Below, in pieces: positions 15,351 through 28,071 of a stretch of DNA of 64,000 nt. The notes under the pieces were generated by a model. It was not told the origin of the DNA and searched no databases. It saw only the letters and a program-made list of their open reading frames with translations. Position numbers and translations under genes: made by a program. Source of the stretch: Octopus vulgaris (Eukaryota); assembly GCA_951406725.2 (NCBI GenBank), contig OX597829.1, positions 27,962,001-28,026,000 of the forward strand, in the 5' to 3' direction. Numbering within the stretch: position 1 is the first letter of the stretch; each line of letters begins with the position of its first letter.

Positions 15351-16885
15351 ATGTATATATTTGTATGCATATACATATATGTATATATTTATATGTATGC
15401 ATATACACATATGTATATATATATGTACATACTTATGTATGTATATATATATTTATGTATGTATATATGCATATATATATGTATGTATATACATATCTAT
15501 GTATGTATGTATATATATGTATGTATATATGTATATATATGTATGTGTATGTATGTATGTATATGTATGTATATATATGTATGTAAATGTGTATATTATA
15601 TATATGTATGTACATGTATGTATATGTGTACATATGTATGTATATACATATTGGTATGTATATGTGTATATATATATATGTATGTATACACATATACGCA
15701 CATACACATGTATACATACATATACACACATACATACACATATACACATGTACATACATACATATGTATACACACACACATGTATATATACATATACGCA
15801 CACATATATATACATATATATATACGTACATACATATACACGCATATATATACATATGTATATATATGTATATATATACATACGTATATATATATGTATA
15901 TATACATATATGTATATACATATGTATATACATATGTATATACATATATGTATATACATATGTATATATATACATGTATATACACATGTATATACATACA
16001 TGTATATATATGTATGTGTGTATATATATGTATGTATACACATACGTATATACGTACACGTATGTATACGTATATACGTATGTATGTATATATATGTATA
16101 TATGTATGTATATATATATATGTATGTATATATATATATGTATGTACATATATGTATGTACATATATATATGTATATATGTATGTATATATATGTATGTA
16201 CGTATATATATACGTACATATGTACGTATACATATGTATGTATGTATATATGATGTGTATATATGTATATACACATGCGCATGCACATATATGTGTACAT
16301 GTATGTATACGTATATATGTATATACGTATATGTGTATGTGTATATACATATATACATATACACACATATACACACATATACATATATATATATATGTGT
16401 GTGTACGTATATATGTATGTGTATATGTATATATGTGTGCATATGTATATATATATGTGTTCATATATATGTATATATATATACGTATGTGTATGTATGT
16501 ATATATATACACATATATGTGTATGTATATACGTATATATGTGCATATATATGTATACATGTGTATATATGTATGCATGTATGTGTATGTACGTGTATAC
16601 ATATATATACATATATGTATATATATGTGTATGTGTGTATACATATGTGTATGTGTACATGTGTGCATATGTATATACGTATGTATATGTATATATGTGT
16701 ATATGTGCGTATACATGTATGTGTACATATATACATTTGTATGTATATATATATCATCATCATTTAGCATCCGTTTTCCATGCTAGCATGGGTTGGACGG
16801 TTCAACTGGGGTCTGTGAAGCCAGAAGGCTGCATCAGGCCCAGTCTGATCTGGCAGTGTTTCTACGGCTGGATGCCCTTCACATG

Positions 16886-16924
<39 letters not shown>

Positions 16925-17073
16925 GCACATGTATACATACATATACACATATATACATATACGTATATATATATATATGCACATACATATGTGTATATAT
17001 GTACGTATGTGTGTGTACGTGTATGTATGTGTATATGTACACACGTGTACACATGCACACGTGCGTATACATA

Positions 17074-17105
<32 letters not shown>

Positions 17106-17600
17106 CACATACACACACACACATACGCATACGCACGTATGTGTGTATATATGCATGTATACGTATATGTATATATATATATATATATACACATGTATAC
17201 ACGTTCACACATGTACATATATACATATATATACACGTATGTACATGTATATGTACATACGTATATACATACATATATATACATGTGCGCATATACATGT
17301 GTATACGTATACATACATATATACGCATACACACACACGCATGTGCATGCGTACGTGTATACATCTTTATACATATATATAAATATATCCGTGTATATGT
17401 ATATATGTATATATACATACACATATACATATATATATACATATACGCGTTTGTACGCGTACACGTGTGCATGTATGTACACGTATGTACATATATATAT
17501 ATGTATACATATGTATATGCACATATATGCATATACACGTATATATGTATATACATGTATACATATATATACATACACATATACAATGTGTATATGCACA
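15351..17600. repeat. Scrambled alternating purine-pyrimidine tract (TA/TG/CA/CG)
   Basis: RY alternation is almost unbroken but all four YR dinucleotides occur. An RTE tail interrupts it at 16754-16880. Confidence 0.9.
16754..16880 (-). mobile_element. RTE-type LINE 3' end
   Basis: (TCA)n tail and similarity to 10364-10487. Confidence 0.8.
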
Positions 17601-18115
17601 CATATAAATATAAATTTGAAAAAAAAAACACCTTGTTTCAATTCAATAATATGTATGTATATATATATATATATGTCTATATATATGTATATATGTATAT
17701 ATATATATGTATATGTATATGTGTATATGTATATATATGTATATATATGTATATATATGTATATATGTATGTATATGTATATATATATGTATATGTATAT
17801 ATGTATATGTATATATGTATATGTATATATGTATATGTATATATGTATATATGTATATGTATATGTATATATGTATATGTATATATGTATATATGTATAT
17901 GTATATATGTATATATGTATATATATATATGTATATATGTATATATATATATATATATGTGTATATATATATGTGTATATATGTATATGTATATATGTAT
18001 ATGTATATACGTATATGTATATATGTATATATATATATATATGTGTATATATATATGTGTATATATGTATATGTATATATGTATATGTATATACGTATAT
18101 GTATATATGTATATA

Positions 18116-18146
<31 letters not shown>

Positions 18147-18235
18147 GTATATATATGTGTATATATATGTGTATATATATGTGTATATATATGTGTATAT
18201 ATATATGTGTATATATATATGTATATATATATATG

Positions 18236-18266
<31 letters not shown>

Positions 18267-18397
18267 GTATATATATATATGTGTATATATATATGTGTAT
18301 ATATATATGTGTATATATATATGTATATATATATATATGTATATGTATATATATATATGTATATATATATATGTATATATATATGTATATATATATG

Positions 18398-18446
<49 letters not shown>

Positions 18447-18476
18447 GTATATATGTATATATATATATGTATATAT

Positions 18477-18823
18477 GTGAAGGCGCATGGCTCAGTGGTT
18501 AGAGCGTCGAGCTTAAGATCGTGAGGTTGTGAGCTCGAATCCCGGACCGGGCTGCGTGTTGTGTTCTCGAGCAAGGCACTTTATTTCACGTTGCTCCAGT
18601 TCACTCAGCTGTAGAAATGAGTTGCGACGTCACTGGTGCCAAGCTGTATCGACCTTTGTCTTTCCCTTGGATAACACTGGTGGCATGGAGAGGGGAGGCT
18701 GGTATGCATGGGCGACTGCTGGCCTTCCATAAAAACAACCTTGCCCAGACTTGTGTCTAGGAGGGTAACTTTCTAGGTGCAATCCCATGGTCATTCATGA
18801 CCGAAGGGGGTCTTTACCCTTTA
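18477..18823 (+). mobile_element. tRNA-derived SINE (head type A, tail 1)
   Basis: A box TGGCTCAGTGG and B box GCTCGAATCC. A second copy lies at 25636-25970. Confidence 0.85.
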
Positions 18824-18959
18824 TATTTGTATATATATATATGTATATATGTGTGTATATATATGTATATATATATCCTTAAATCCTTAAAAATGTTTCA
18901 GCCCGAAGGCTGCGGCCATGCTGGGGCACCACCGCTGAATGAGCTACACTAATTTGTGA

Positions 18960-21908
18960 ATCCACCTCTGATACGTGGCACTTGATCAACAAGGGAGTTC
19001 GATGCTGCTGCCCGCATCTGCTTCTCCTGTCATGAGGTAGGTTCATCTGGGACTCTTGACAAGAAGAGATCCAGTTTAGTTTTAAAGAAATCCACACCAT
19101 GTAAGTCTCTCAGGCATTTAGGGAGGATGTTAAAGAGATGTGGTCCTCTGAAACCCAAGCTGTTGCAGTATCTGGACCTGTATTTTGATGGTGATGTTGG
19201 AATCCTTGGCACCACGCAGCGGCGCCCCGTTCTGCGGTTGGAGTTACTTTGAATGCCAAAGTTTGGGACAAGACCCTCCAGGATTTTCCAGATGTATATC
19301 ACTGCATATCTCTCCCGCCTCCGCTCTAGGGAGAAGAGGTTTAATACCTTCAGTCTTTCCCAGTAACTGATAATTTGCATTGAGACTATTTTCTTTGTGT
19401 AGCTTTTCTGAATTGCTTCGAGTTCTGCTGTTAGTTTTATATTGTTGGGAGCAGTAGTCCAAGCAGCTGAGGACGAATGTTTTCCATAGGACCATCAGTG
19501 TCTCCTCTCTTGTACTGAAATTTCGGAGAATCCATCCAGCTAGCCATCTGCATTTTATCACCAGATTAGCAATATGCACTTGGAAAGATGCATCATTGCT
19601 CATGTCAATGCCCAGGTCACGTACTGATTTTGACTCAGGGATTGCAATTCTTCCTGGGCCAGTGTATCCAGTCTGCATGTCGTTTACCTTTGTGTGCCAG
19701 AAGCGCAGGGCCTTGAACTTACCTGCATTAAACTGCATGTTGTTGTCCTCAGCCTACCCGTATATTGTGTCCAACTCCTGTTGCAGATGTGCAATATTTT
19801 CAAGGTTTTGTATTGCGTGGGAGACTTTTGTGTCATCTGCATAGCTAGCAAGGGTGGTCATCGTAGTAACTGAAGGCATGTCTGAAGGGGCCACTATGAA
19901 CATCAGTGGCCCCAAGACAGTGCCCTGTGGGACACCGCTTGTTATTTGTGTTTCCTTGGAGGTGGCTCCATTGCTCACAACTACCTGTTTTCTGTCTTTT
20001 AGGAAGTTGTGCAGCCACTCTCCAAGTTTTCCGCCTATGCCGAGACCACGCAGTTTGTGACAGATCATACCATGGTCGACCTTATCAAAGGCTTTTGCAA
20101 AGTCGAGATATATTACATCCACATTTGAGCCATTTAGTAGCTGTTTCAACACCCAGTCATAGTGTTGCAGGAGCTGGTTGAAATCCATGCTGGGTGTGAG
20201 ACAGCAAGTCATTTTCTTCAAGGAACATGATTAGTTTCTTACGGACTATTCGTTCCATGACTTTGCTGATGTGTGAGGTCAGAGAGATAGGACTATAATT
20301 TTTAGCATCTACTCTGCTACCTCCCTTATGGATAGGGCATATTACCCCCTCTTTCAATTTGACTGGGAGCTTACCACTTGCAAGAAAGCTCTGAAAAAGA
20401 AGCTGTAGCGGTTTTGCAAGGGCTTGTTTGCACGATTTGAGAAGAATCCATCAGGTCCAGCAGCTGAGTTTGTGTCAATCTCATCTATGGCTAGTGTGAT
20501 ATCATCATCTTCGATGTTGATGTACACAATTTTTGCCTCTTTGGCCGCAGGTAAAGTGGCAAAGAATTCTTCTGGGTTGTTTACTTGCCTGTGTCCTAGA
20601 GGTGTAGTGAACACACTTTGGAATTGTTCGTTCAGTATTTCACTTATCCTTGTGGGATTTCCTGTGAGAGAGCCATCTTTTTGGAAGAGAGGTCCTATTC
20701 TCTGGTGCACTGTGGCTGTCTCTTTGGCAAACTTAAAGAAAGCTTTAGGGTTTGATTTTCTATTTTCTATTACCCAAGCTTCTTTATCTGCTCTCTCTCC
20801 TTTCCATGGGACTGATGCAGACTTTTCTCAGTTTTCATTAGCATTCTCTCGAGCCGAGACTTCTCACCACTTTTGGTGTGCTTGGTCAGGCGGTTCGCAA
20901 TCCTTGTCCGTCGTCTCATAAGAATCTTCCTTTCTCTAGGGATCCTGTTTTTGTTTTTGTGTGTGCTGGCCCTGCACACTGGGACATATTTGTCACATAT
21001 GGCTTGTATTATGGACATGAAGTGTTTGTGTTTCATGTTTATGTCCGGTGTGGAGAGACATTCAGGCCAATCCTGTTTGAGGATCTCTTTCTCAATCAAC
21101 TTCCAGTTTGCTTTATGAAAGTTTAAGTTGGAGAGATGGTGGATGCTTCGTATAGGCTGTGTGTCTACGGGGGCTTTTGTTCCATACATAGACAGCTCTA
21201 TTATGTTGTGATCCGAGATCATTGTCGGCATCACATTAACATTATGGATAATATCCATATTGTTTGTGAAGCAGAGATCCAGTATATTATCTGCCCTTGT
21301 TGGTTGCAGAACTATTTGCTCCATGAAAGAGGCATTTGTGAGATGGAGCAGGGACTCTGCCTGTGCCTGCTGATGGTGTGTCATCCCTGGGAGCATCTGC
21401 ACCCCAGGCCATTCCACATTGGGGAGGTTAAAGTCACCCATGAAGAGTACACTGTTGTGTTGTTCAAGGTTGGTGAGGACTTCTCCTATTTTTGTTAGGC
21501 AGTCTTCAAACATGCCTGAGTGATTTGGGGCATCTGGTGGGCGATATGTAGTGCATATGACGATATTCAGTTGTCTTATGTGTACAATTTGAGTTTCACA
21601 CACTGAGTTTGAATATGACAACAGGACCTGGGGCGTGAGGTCATCTCAGATGTACATTGCAACTCCACCATGGCTCCTCCCTTTTCTATCTGTGCATATG
21701 ACTGCATATTGCAGCATGTGTATTTCTGCATCACCTATATCGGGTTCAAGATGTGTTTCTGTGAGTGCCATGAATATAGCTTGATGCATGTCACAAGGTC
21801 TCTCAGGAATGAGATTTTCCTTTTACAGTTTCCGCGCAGCAGCCCTCCTACGTTCAGTAGAAATATTTTTGTGGTGTGTGTGTTGGTGTTGGTGTCTGTG
21901 GTGGCCAT
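18960..21908 (-). pseudogene. LINE ORF2 (APE endonuclease plus reverse transcriptase), disrupted
   Basis: YRPP, GDFNLP, PTR..ILDL and SDH (endonuclease); PIHKGGS..NYSPISLTS, YLDFAKAFDKVDH, GVPQGTVLGP and YADDTK (RT), spread across several frames. Confidence 0.93.
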
Positions 21909-21909
21909 C

Positions 21910-22773
21910 CTGTATCTGTTGTTGGTGGCCTTATGTGGTGGTAGTTCCAGCTTTGTGCTTGTAGCCAGGTCAGCTGCTGAACAATTTTTTGTGCAATGCA
22001 CAAAAAAGATTGCTGTTCAGCTGCTGCCCTTCTCACATCTGGGTGAAGCTGGCCATTTGTTGGGTTACCACGCACCACATCCGCATATCGTCTTTCAGGA
22101 GTGGTCAGTGCGCTTTTTTTCCTTCTTTTATATTTTTCTTTTTCTTTTTCTGTTTGTTCTCCCCAAGGGAGGGACCCCTGTCTCGCATCTGTGTGGTTTT
22201 GGTAGGGCCTCTGATGTGCAAAGCGACAGTTCGCACCTTCGACGCCGTACCAGCAGTCCCCTTTCAGGTAGATTTGCAGATGTTTCTTTCTTTGCCCTTA
22301 TAGTTCTTGCTGGGGTCCTTTTGTTTTCTCTGGACAGGGTTTCTTTTAGCTTTGATTTTGTCGCCTTTTACCTCCTATTTCCCATCAATTTTAGGGTGCT
22401 TTTCTTTTCTTGCGGCCATCGCACCTCTTTGGTCTTCAGTTGTGGTGTTGGGAGCTGGACATGTGTCATTGTTTCCCTGTGTTCTAGGTTTCTTGGTTTT
22501 GTTTTTCGTTGGGTTCTGGATGTTTTCTTCATCCTTTTGGCCTTCCCTGGTGCCGTCACCTCTTAGGATGATGTCCAGAGTGTCTACATGTTGCCTGATT
22601 AGAGCGTATGAACGGATAAATTCTCGTTTCTTTTGCTCTATCTGGGCAGTGGTTCTAGAAAAATCATTGCTCTTCAGCACCGCTGCAATGATATTGTTCG
22701 GCAAGTCATCCTCAGCAATCTTCCAAGCGCGGACGAACAATTGCAACTCTCTCGCAGACCAGTTTCTTGACAT
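21910..22773 (-). pseudogene. LINE ORF1 remnant: Myb/SANT-like N-terminus, Lys-rich linker, CCCH finger
   Basis: MSRNWSARELQLFVRAW..IIAAVL..RTTAQIEQK, and ICK(fs)YLKGDCWYGVEGANCRFAH at 22214-22278. Confidence 0.6.
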
Positions 22774-24214
22774 TTTCGCCTGAGATATAGTGAGAGTGAA
22801 ATATAGGAATAGAGAGAGAAGGAAAGATTAGATGGTTGACCGGAGAGGGAGAGGAGAAAGGAGAAAAGCCAGGGGGGATAGAGAGAGAGACGAGGGGATT
22901 GTCCTGGGAGAAGAGAGAAAAAGAGAAAATAAAGAGGGAAAAAAGAAAAAGAATGGCAGGTCAGCAGGGGAGAGTGAGGGGGATAGAGGTGTAGTAGAAA
23001 GAAAGTAAAGGGACAGGGTGGAAAAGAGAGACAAGAGGATGGACCCTAGGGGGAGCAGGGAGAAGAAAGGCGGAGAGATAAAATGGAGAGGGAGAGAGAG
23101 AGAGGGCGGGAGTAAAAGGACAGAGAGGGTGGTGTGGAGGAAGGAGACAGAAAGAGGAAAAAAGAGACAAGGGGGGTGAGCCTTAGAGGGAGCAGGGAGA
23201 GGAAAGGTAGGAAGAAAAAGGGGGGAGAGAGAAAGAGGGGGTGCGACAGAGGTGCAAGAGAGTGTAGTAAAGGGACTGGGAAGGTGGTGTAGAGAAAGAA
23301 ATAAGGGGACAGAAGGGGAAGAGGAAAAGGGGTTTGACCTGTGAGGGAGCGTAGAGAAAAGAGGCAGAGAGAGGGAGGGGGAGTAACAGAGAGAGAGAGA
23401 GAGAGAGAGAGGAGGGGAGAGTGAGAGCGGAAATAGAGGGTCTGGTGGATGGAGAGACAGATAAGGTATAAAAATGTAAGAAATGTAAGAGATAGAAATA
23501 GAAATGTAAGAAAGAGAGAGAGAGAGAGTGTGGCAGATACGGAGGACGAATATGTAAACAAGCGCGTTAAAGATAGAATAGCGCCTATTTTTTATCTTTT
23601 ATATCTTTTTTTTTTTTTAATTATTATCTTCTGGTTGAGAGAACACTAAATATAAATAATATTTTTCTTACCTTACCGGCTGAGAGAACACTTACCTTGA
23701 TTCCGTTTTATAAGAAAGGAAGATAGATACTAAGATAGACCTTTGGTATTCCTCAATTGTATTTTGTAAACAAAAGGAAGGAATAGAGTTCCGATTTCGT
23801 AGATGCAAAAATTAACGATACTTTCTATATTTTCTTAAGCAATTTGGTATTAGGCAGCAAATTTTCAGAGGCTTTCAAAACACGCAGATATACGACATCA
23901 AAAGCGAAAATATCCTTCTCAAAAATACTGTCTTGTTGTTTCACAGACAAAAAATTCACTTCGATTTCAGGAAGTAAAACACGTGCTTTCAACACATGTA
24001 TTCGCGAGGTATGTTCTAGTTGCAAATACTATATCAAAAGCGAAAATATTCTTCTCAAATACAGTGTCTTGTCGTACTTTCACTTATATTCGCTTTGCAG
24101 ACAAATTTCACTTCTGATAGCATCGATCTCTTGAAGGACTTCTTTAATCTTTAGGAGAGACACATTAACACACACTTATTGTTAGTTCGGCGCCGCTAAA
24201 CGATGATGATGATG

Positions 24215-24790
<576 letters not shown>

Positions 24791-25587
24791 TAAATATAAA
24801 AAAAGGAACCAAGAAGTGGACCGAAACGATGAATCGGAACGAACCTGATGCGGGGCGCTGTCAGACAATAAGGTGATAAATAAAAATATATGCATACATA
24901 CAAACATATATGTACGTACCTACATCTACATGTATATATACATGCATATATAAATAATTATATGGGAGTACAGGACATCACAATAAGACGTAGAAACGGA
25001 AAAAAACCAAAAAACAAAAAAACGAAAAACAAGAAAACGAAAAACAAATACAGGACGAGCTACACAAAGACAAACCCCCATCATCAGCTGTCGCTAGTGG
25101 AGTCAGGCATGTTTCGAAGGCATAGACAGAACACTAATCCAATAGGCCTTCCTGCGAGAGAATTAAAATAAAATTCCAAGCAGCGGGGCAAAATACATAT
25201 ATATATATATGTATATATATATATGTGTATGTATATATATATGTATATATATATGTGTGTGTGTATATATATTGTGTATATATATGTGTATATATATATA
25301 TATGTGTGTGTGTGTATATAATATATATATATGTGTGTATATGTGTATATGTATATATGTGTGTATGTATATATATGTGTATATATATATATGTGTATAT
25401 ATATATATGTGTGTATGTATATATATGTGTGTATGTATATATATGTGTGTATATATATATATATATGTGTATGTATGTATATATATGTGTATGTGTGTAT
25501 ATATGTGTATGTATATGTGTGTGTGTATATATGTGTATGTATGTATATGTATGTATATATATATGTATATGTATGTATATATGTATC

Positions 25588-25627
<40 letters not shown>

Positions 25628-25635
25628 CATATGTG

Positions 25636-25970
25636 TGAAGGCGCATGGCTCAGTGGTTAGAGTGTCGAGCTTACAATCGTGAGGTTGTGAGTTTGAATCC
25701 CGGACTGGGCTGCATGTTGTGTTCTTGAGCAAGATACTTTATTTCATGTTGTTCCAGTTCACTCAGCTGCAGAAATGAATTGCGACGTGACAGGTGCCAA
25801 GCTGTATTGGCCCTTGCCTTTCCCTTGGATAACACTGGTGGCACGGAGAGGGGAGGCCGGTATGCATGGGTGACTGCTGGTCTTCCATAAACAACCTTGC
25901 CCGGACTTGTGCTTGGGAGGGTAACTTTCTAGGTGCAATCCCACAGTCAGTCATGACCGAAGGGGGTCTC
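25636..25970 (+). mobile_element. tRNA-derived SINE (head type A, tail 1)
   Basis: Colinear with 18477-18823. Confidence 0.85.
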
Positions 25971-25997
25971 AGCAATATACATATATATATATATATA

Positions 25998-27405
25998 CAT
26001 CATCATCATCATCATCATCATCATTTAACGTCTGCTTTCCATACTAGCATGAGTAGGACGAATGACTGAGGGCTGGTGAACCAGATGGCTGCACCAAGCT
26101 TCAATCTTGATCTGGCAGAGTTTCTACAGCTGGATGCCCTTGCTAACGCCAACCCACGAGTGTAGTGGGTGCTTTTACATGCCACTGGCATGAGGGCCAG
26201 TCAGGCAGCACTGGCAACGGCCACGCTCAAATGGTATTTTTTACATACCACCTCGCTCGAATGTTTTTTCATGTGCCAGTAAGGCAACGCTGGTAATGAT
26301 CACGCTCAAATGGTGCTTTTTACGTGCCACTGGCACAGAAGCCAGTTTGCTTCTCTGGCAACAATCATGCTCTGATGGTGCTCTTAGTGCTCCACTAGCA
26401 TGGATGCCAGTCATCGAATTTGATTTTGATTTCACTTGCCTCAACAGGTCTTTGCAAGCAGAGTTTATGGTCCATTGAAGGAAAGGTACGCATATGTTGG
26501 TTGGTTACACCCCTGACATAGGTCATGAGGTTATGGTCTCACTTGGCTTGCCGGGTCTTCTCAAGCACAGCATATTTCCAAAGGTTTCAGTCATTAGTCA
26601 TTGCCTCAGTGAGGCCTAGTATTCAAAGGTTGTGCTTCACCATTTCATCCCAGGTCTTCCTGGGTCTACCTATTCCACAGGTTCCCTCAACCGCTAGGGT
26701 GTGGAATTTTTTCACACAGCTTTCCTCATCCATTCTCATCACATGACCATACCAGCGCAGTCGTCTCTCTTGCACACCACATCTGATGCTTCTTAGGTCC
26801 AACTTTTCTCTCAAGGTACTAACATTCTGTCAAGTATGCACACTAACATTGCACATTCATCGGAGCATACTGGCTTCATTCCTTGTGAGCTTACACATGT
26901 CCTCAGCAGTCATGGCCCATGTTTCACTGCCATGCAGCATGGCTGTTCATACACATGCATCATACAGTCTACCTTTTACTCTGAGCAAAAAGCACTTTGT
27001 CACCAGCAGAGGTAAGAGCTCTCTGATTATTGCCCAGGCTATTCTTATTCTTGTAGCTACACTTTCAGCGCACCCTCCCCTGCTACTGACTTGGTCACCT
27101 AGGTAACGGAAGCTATCAACTACTAGTTTTTCTCCCTGGAATGTGGTGGAAGTTGTTCTCTGCACATTTTCAGTGTTTATTGCTCCTGAGCATCTGCCAC
27201 ATACAAAAACTATCTCCCCAGTTAGCCTTCCTTTGATATTGCTGCACCTCTTATGTGTCCATAGCTTACACTGGGTGCATCTTATAGAGTTTCTACCTAC
27301 GCCTTGTCTACACATTGAGCAGGGCCAACTACCTGAAGGGATTTTGGTTTGCCTGACTTCCTACTTAGGACTTAGGTTTTAGCTAGGTTGACCCTAAGGC
27401 CCTTC
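25998..27405 (-). mobile_element. 5'-truncated RTE-clade LINE with a PHD-like insertion in RT
   Basis: DSFRYLG and RRLRWYGHVMRM..GRPRKTW; (CAT)n tail on +; C4HC3 motif at 27190-27321. Confidence 0.88.
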
Positions 27406-27409
27406 AATG

Positions 27410-27778
27410 ATTTTTTGGCTAATTCTGAAATTAAATCAGCAGTTTATATTTGCTGCTGATAAGTCGGCTCGATGATGGTAGATTTTGAAAATTTAGAGTA
27501 TATATTCCCAAGGCATCGATGCTGTTGCCTCATGGAATATTTATTCCTCCTGGCTTCTTTGCCGATGAGACGGGCCAGTGGTAAATTGACTTGATTAAAT
27601 TTAATTTAATTAGGCTGGTTTACCAAAATGTACGTTGAAATATGCATAGTCCAAAGATGATTAGGGTAAATGTTTTTAATTTTCCTTTGATTTCTGAATT
27701 ACTACTATTTAGCGGTTTGAGTTTAGCTGCTCGTTTTAGTGAGTTGAATGACCTATTAAGGCCATTCCCTAATATTAT

Positions 27779-27780
<2 letters not shown>
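27410..27780 (-). pseudogene. Possible decayed Penelope GIY-YIG C-terminus
   Basis: Weak resemblance to the ..CRH..KYKL end and to the remnant at 62200-62560. Confidence 0.3.
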
Positions 27781-27808
<28 letters not shown>

Positions 27809-27809
<1 letters not shown>

Positions 27810-28068
27810 AAGTGCAGACAACTGGCTGGATCCTGAGAACATTCAGAACCAGAGATAAGGAAACCATGATACTCCTCAGCTGCCTGGATTACTGCTCCCA
27901 GCTATGGTCACCCAACAGTGAAATTAACAGTGGACCTTGAAGCAATCCAGAGAAGATTCACAAAGAAGATCGTCTCTTTGCAACTGTTCAGCTACTGGGA
28001 AAGGCTGAAACAGCTAAGACTCTACTCCCTGGAGAGAAGGCAGGAGAGATATGCAGTAATATACATCT
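27809..28068 (+). mobile_element. Internal CR1-group LINE fragment
   Basis: WILRTFRTR..LDYCSQLWSP..SYWERLKQLRLYSLERRQERYAVIYI. Confidence 0.85.
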
Positions 28069-28071
28069 ACC

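Larger units (their letters stand above)
18876..24180 (-). mobile_element. Near full-length, frameshifted CR1-group LINE (5' boundary uncertain)
   Basis: Contiguous ORF1 remnant, APE endonuclease, RT and 3' hairpin with a (TTTAAGGA)2 tail. Including 22790-24180 as 5' UTR is an inference. Confidence 0.8.

Noticed and set aside
18477-18552. tRNA gene
   Set aside because: The A/B boxes run into a multi-copy SINE body, with no clean cloverleaf or terminator.
510-18574. Very long ORFs (up to 1549 aa) of Y/I/M/C/V/H/T
   Set aside because: Alternating purine-pyrimidine DNA cannot form TAA, TAG or TGA, so all frames are open by construction.
21670-22566. 298-aa + strand ORF
   Set aside because: Antisense shadow of LINE ORF1/ORF2 with low-complexity composition.
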